Assembly: GCA_965178125.1 (NCBI GenBank)
Contig: OZ237740.1
Coordinates: 930,001-994,000 of the forward strand
Reading direction: 5' to 3'
DNA: 64,000 nt
Source: Bilabrum cf. latius
Taxonomy: Eukaryota
In this document: positions 63,001-64,000 of the stretch, one piece after another
Layout: each line of letters begins with the position of its first letter
How positions within the stretch are numbered: the first letter of the stretch is position 1
Notes under the pieces: model-generated
Seen by the model: only the letters and a program-made list of their open reading frames with translations
Database searches by the model: none
What the model was told of the DNA's origin: nothing
Made by a program: the position numbers and the translations under genes

Positions 63001-64000
63001 GCAAGTGCATTGTAAAGCGTGTGCCCCTCGACGAAGTGCCGGAGGGCGCCGTGACGGCCCGCCCTCTCCGGGAGCTCCTGACGTCGGCTGACCGGGCCGC
63101 CGCTGGCGATGCAGCAGCGGCGATAGGCAGGCGATCGTCCGCCCTCGGCGAGACGCTCGGCAGCACAGCGGCAGCCAAGCAAGAAGATGCGCCCAAGGTG
63201 GGTGCAATCCTCGCCAACCACCAGGAATAGCCAACGGAAGGGAGGCCCAAGCTCGCTGCGATCGTCAGCGGTAGTGCGCAGTCGAGAGCAGAGCATAAGA
63301 AGCTGCAGCAGAGCAAACCGAACGCGGGCGCGGTTTTGGCGGGAGCGGGCGGGACCAAGGGATCGCCGAAGGCAGGCGCGGTTCTAGCCGGCACTTCCAA
63401 GAAACGGAGCAACAAGGCGGGTGCCGAGGCCTCGAAGACGGAGACCGCCTTGCTGCAGCGCAGCAGCTCGGTCTCAAGGCAGCGCAGCAAGGTGCAGGCG
63501 AGAAGCTACGGGAGGCTGAGGGCGTCCCATTCGGGTCGGCACGGAGCACAGCCTGCTGCAGGCGCCGGTCGCGACCCGGCCGAGATCGTATCCGATGCGA
63601 CCTCTGGAAGCAGGCAGGTCTCGCATGAGCAGCACGCCCGCAAGGCCTCTGCTGGAGTGTCGGCAACGAAGCAGCCTTTCAAGAAGGAGGACACTGTGGT
63701 TGCAGCATTCTGCGAGTGCGAGGCGGGGTACGCTGGCGCAGGCTGCGGCACGAAGGTGTGTCCAGTGGCCAACTGCAGCGGCCACGGGAAGTGCGACGAG
63801 GCGACCGGCACGTGCAAGTGCACCGGCCGGTGGTACGGCGCCGCGTGCGATAAGCACCGGGATAGGCAGTGCCCGGGTGCGTGCGGGGCCAAGCTTCACA
63901 GAGGCATGTGCCACGACGGCACGTGCTACTGCGCCAAGGGCTTCACCGGCCCATCATGCAGCAGCGTTCTGTGCCCGTCATCTTGTAGCGGGAACGGCGT
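60071..64000 (+). CDS. Secreted tenascin-like EGF-repeat protein, 3'-partial; intron 60120-60252
   Basis: Signal MKMCLYILFVVGMLL and a GTGAGT...TTTGCAG intron. Many CxGHGxC...CxCxxGWxGxxC repeats. One frame is interrupted only by TAG up to the window edge. Confidence 0.85.
60895..60962 (+). repeat. Coding 24-bp tandem repeat, about three copies (EGEEVKTP)
   Basis: EGEEVKTPEGDEVKTPKGEEVKQ. Confidence 0.7.

Noticed and set aside
1-64000. A cluster of pseudogenes with premature stops
   Set aside because: Only TAG interrupts the frames, there are no frameshifts or exonic TAA/TGA over >50 kb of coding sequence, and catalytic motifs are intact.
1-64000. Pyrrolysine, TAG-to-TGG A-to-I editing, or C-to-T damage as the source of the TAGs
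   Set aside because: The informative sites align to Gln, not Trp, and no pyl genes are visible. Random deamination would also create TAA from CAA and TGA from CGA. U-to-C editing cannot be excluded without RNA data but is less parsimonious.
1-64000. Each TAG lying in a tiny intron
   Set aside because: Most TAGs have no GT donor nearby, and several sit inside conserved motifs with correct spacing when read as a single residue.
1-64000. A suppressor tRNA-Gln(CUA), other tRNA/rRNA genes, or eRF1 in this window
   Set aside because: None was recognised by eye. The decoding machinery presumably lies elsewhere in the genome.

Overview
This is compact, GC-rich eukaryotic (protist-like) nuclear DNA with ten protein-coding genes, short GT-AG introns near gene 5' ends and mostly 70-200 bp intergenic gaps. 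The main signal is that every gene is broken into same-frame ORF fragments by in-frame TAG codons only. I found no in-frame TAA or TGA in exons and no frameshifts. Seven complete genes end in TGA and one in TAA. Where TAG falls in a recognisable motif it sits at a conserved Gln (SNF2 Q-motif LRPD*, DUF3638 RII*AIMGLGKS, the QQR*LQ*LQQ tract). The simplest reading is a rare nuclear genetic code with UAG=Gln while UAA and UGA remain stops. Read that way, the window encodes a >5,900-aa DUF3638/DUF3645 protein (partial), a ~4,000-aa USP34/USP24-like deubiquitinase, a LYR protein, NOP16, thymidine kinase, a secreted IPT/FN3/L-lectin protein, a bacterial-like double pectate-lyase-3 beta-helix protein, a SHPRH/Rad5-like SNF2 ATPase with a U-box-like domain, a TPR protein and a secreted EGF-repeat protein (partial). 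A ~4.6 kb gene-free island (42.3-46.9 kb) with AT-richer arms is bounded by inverted CTGCCAG-repeat ends and holds a 25-copy 87/88-bp minisatellite. All family calls come from motif recognition, not database searches. The organism is unidentified; a stramenopile-like flagellate is only an impression.
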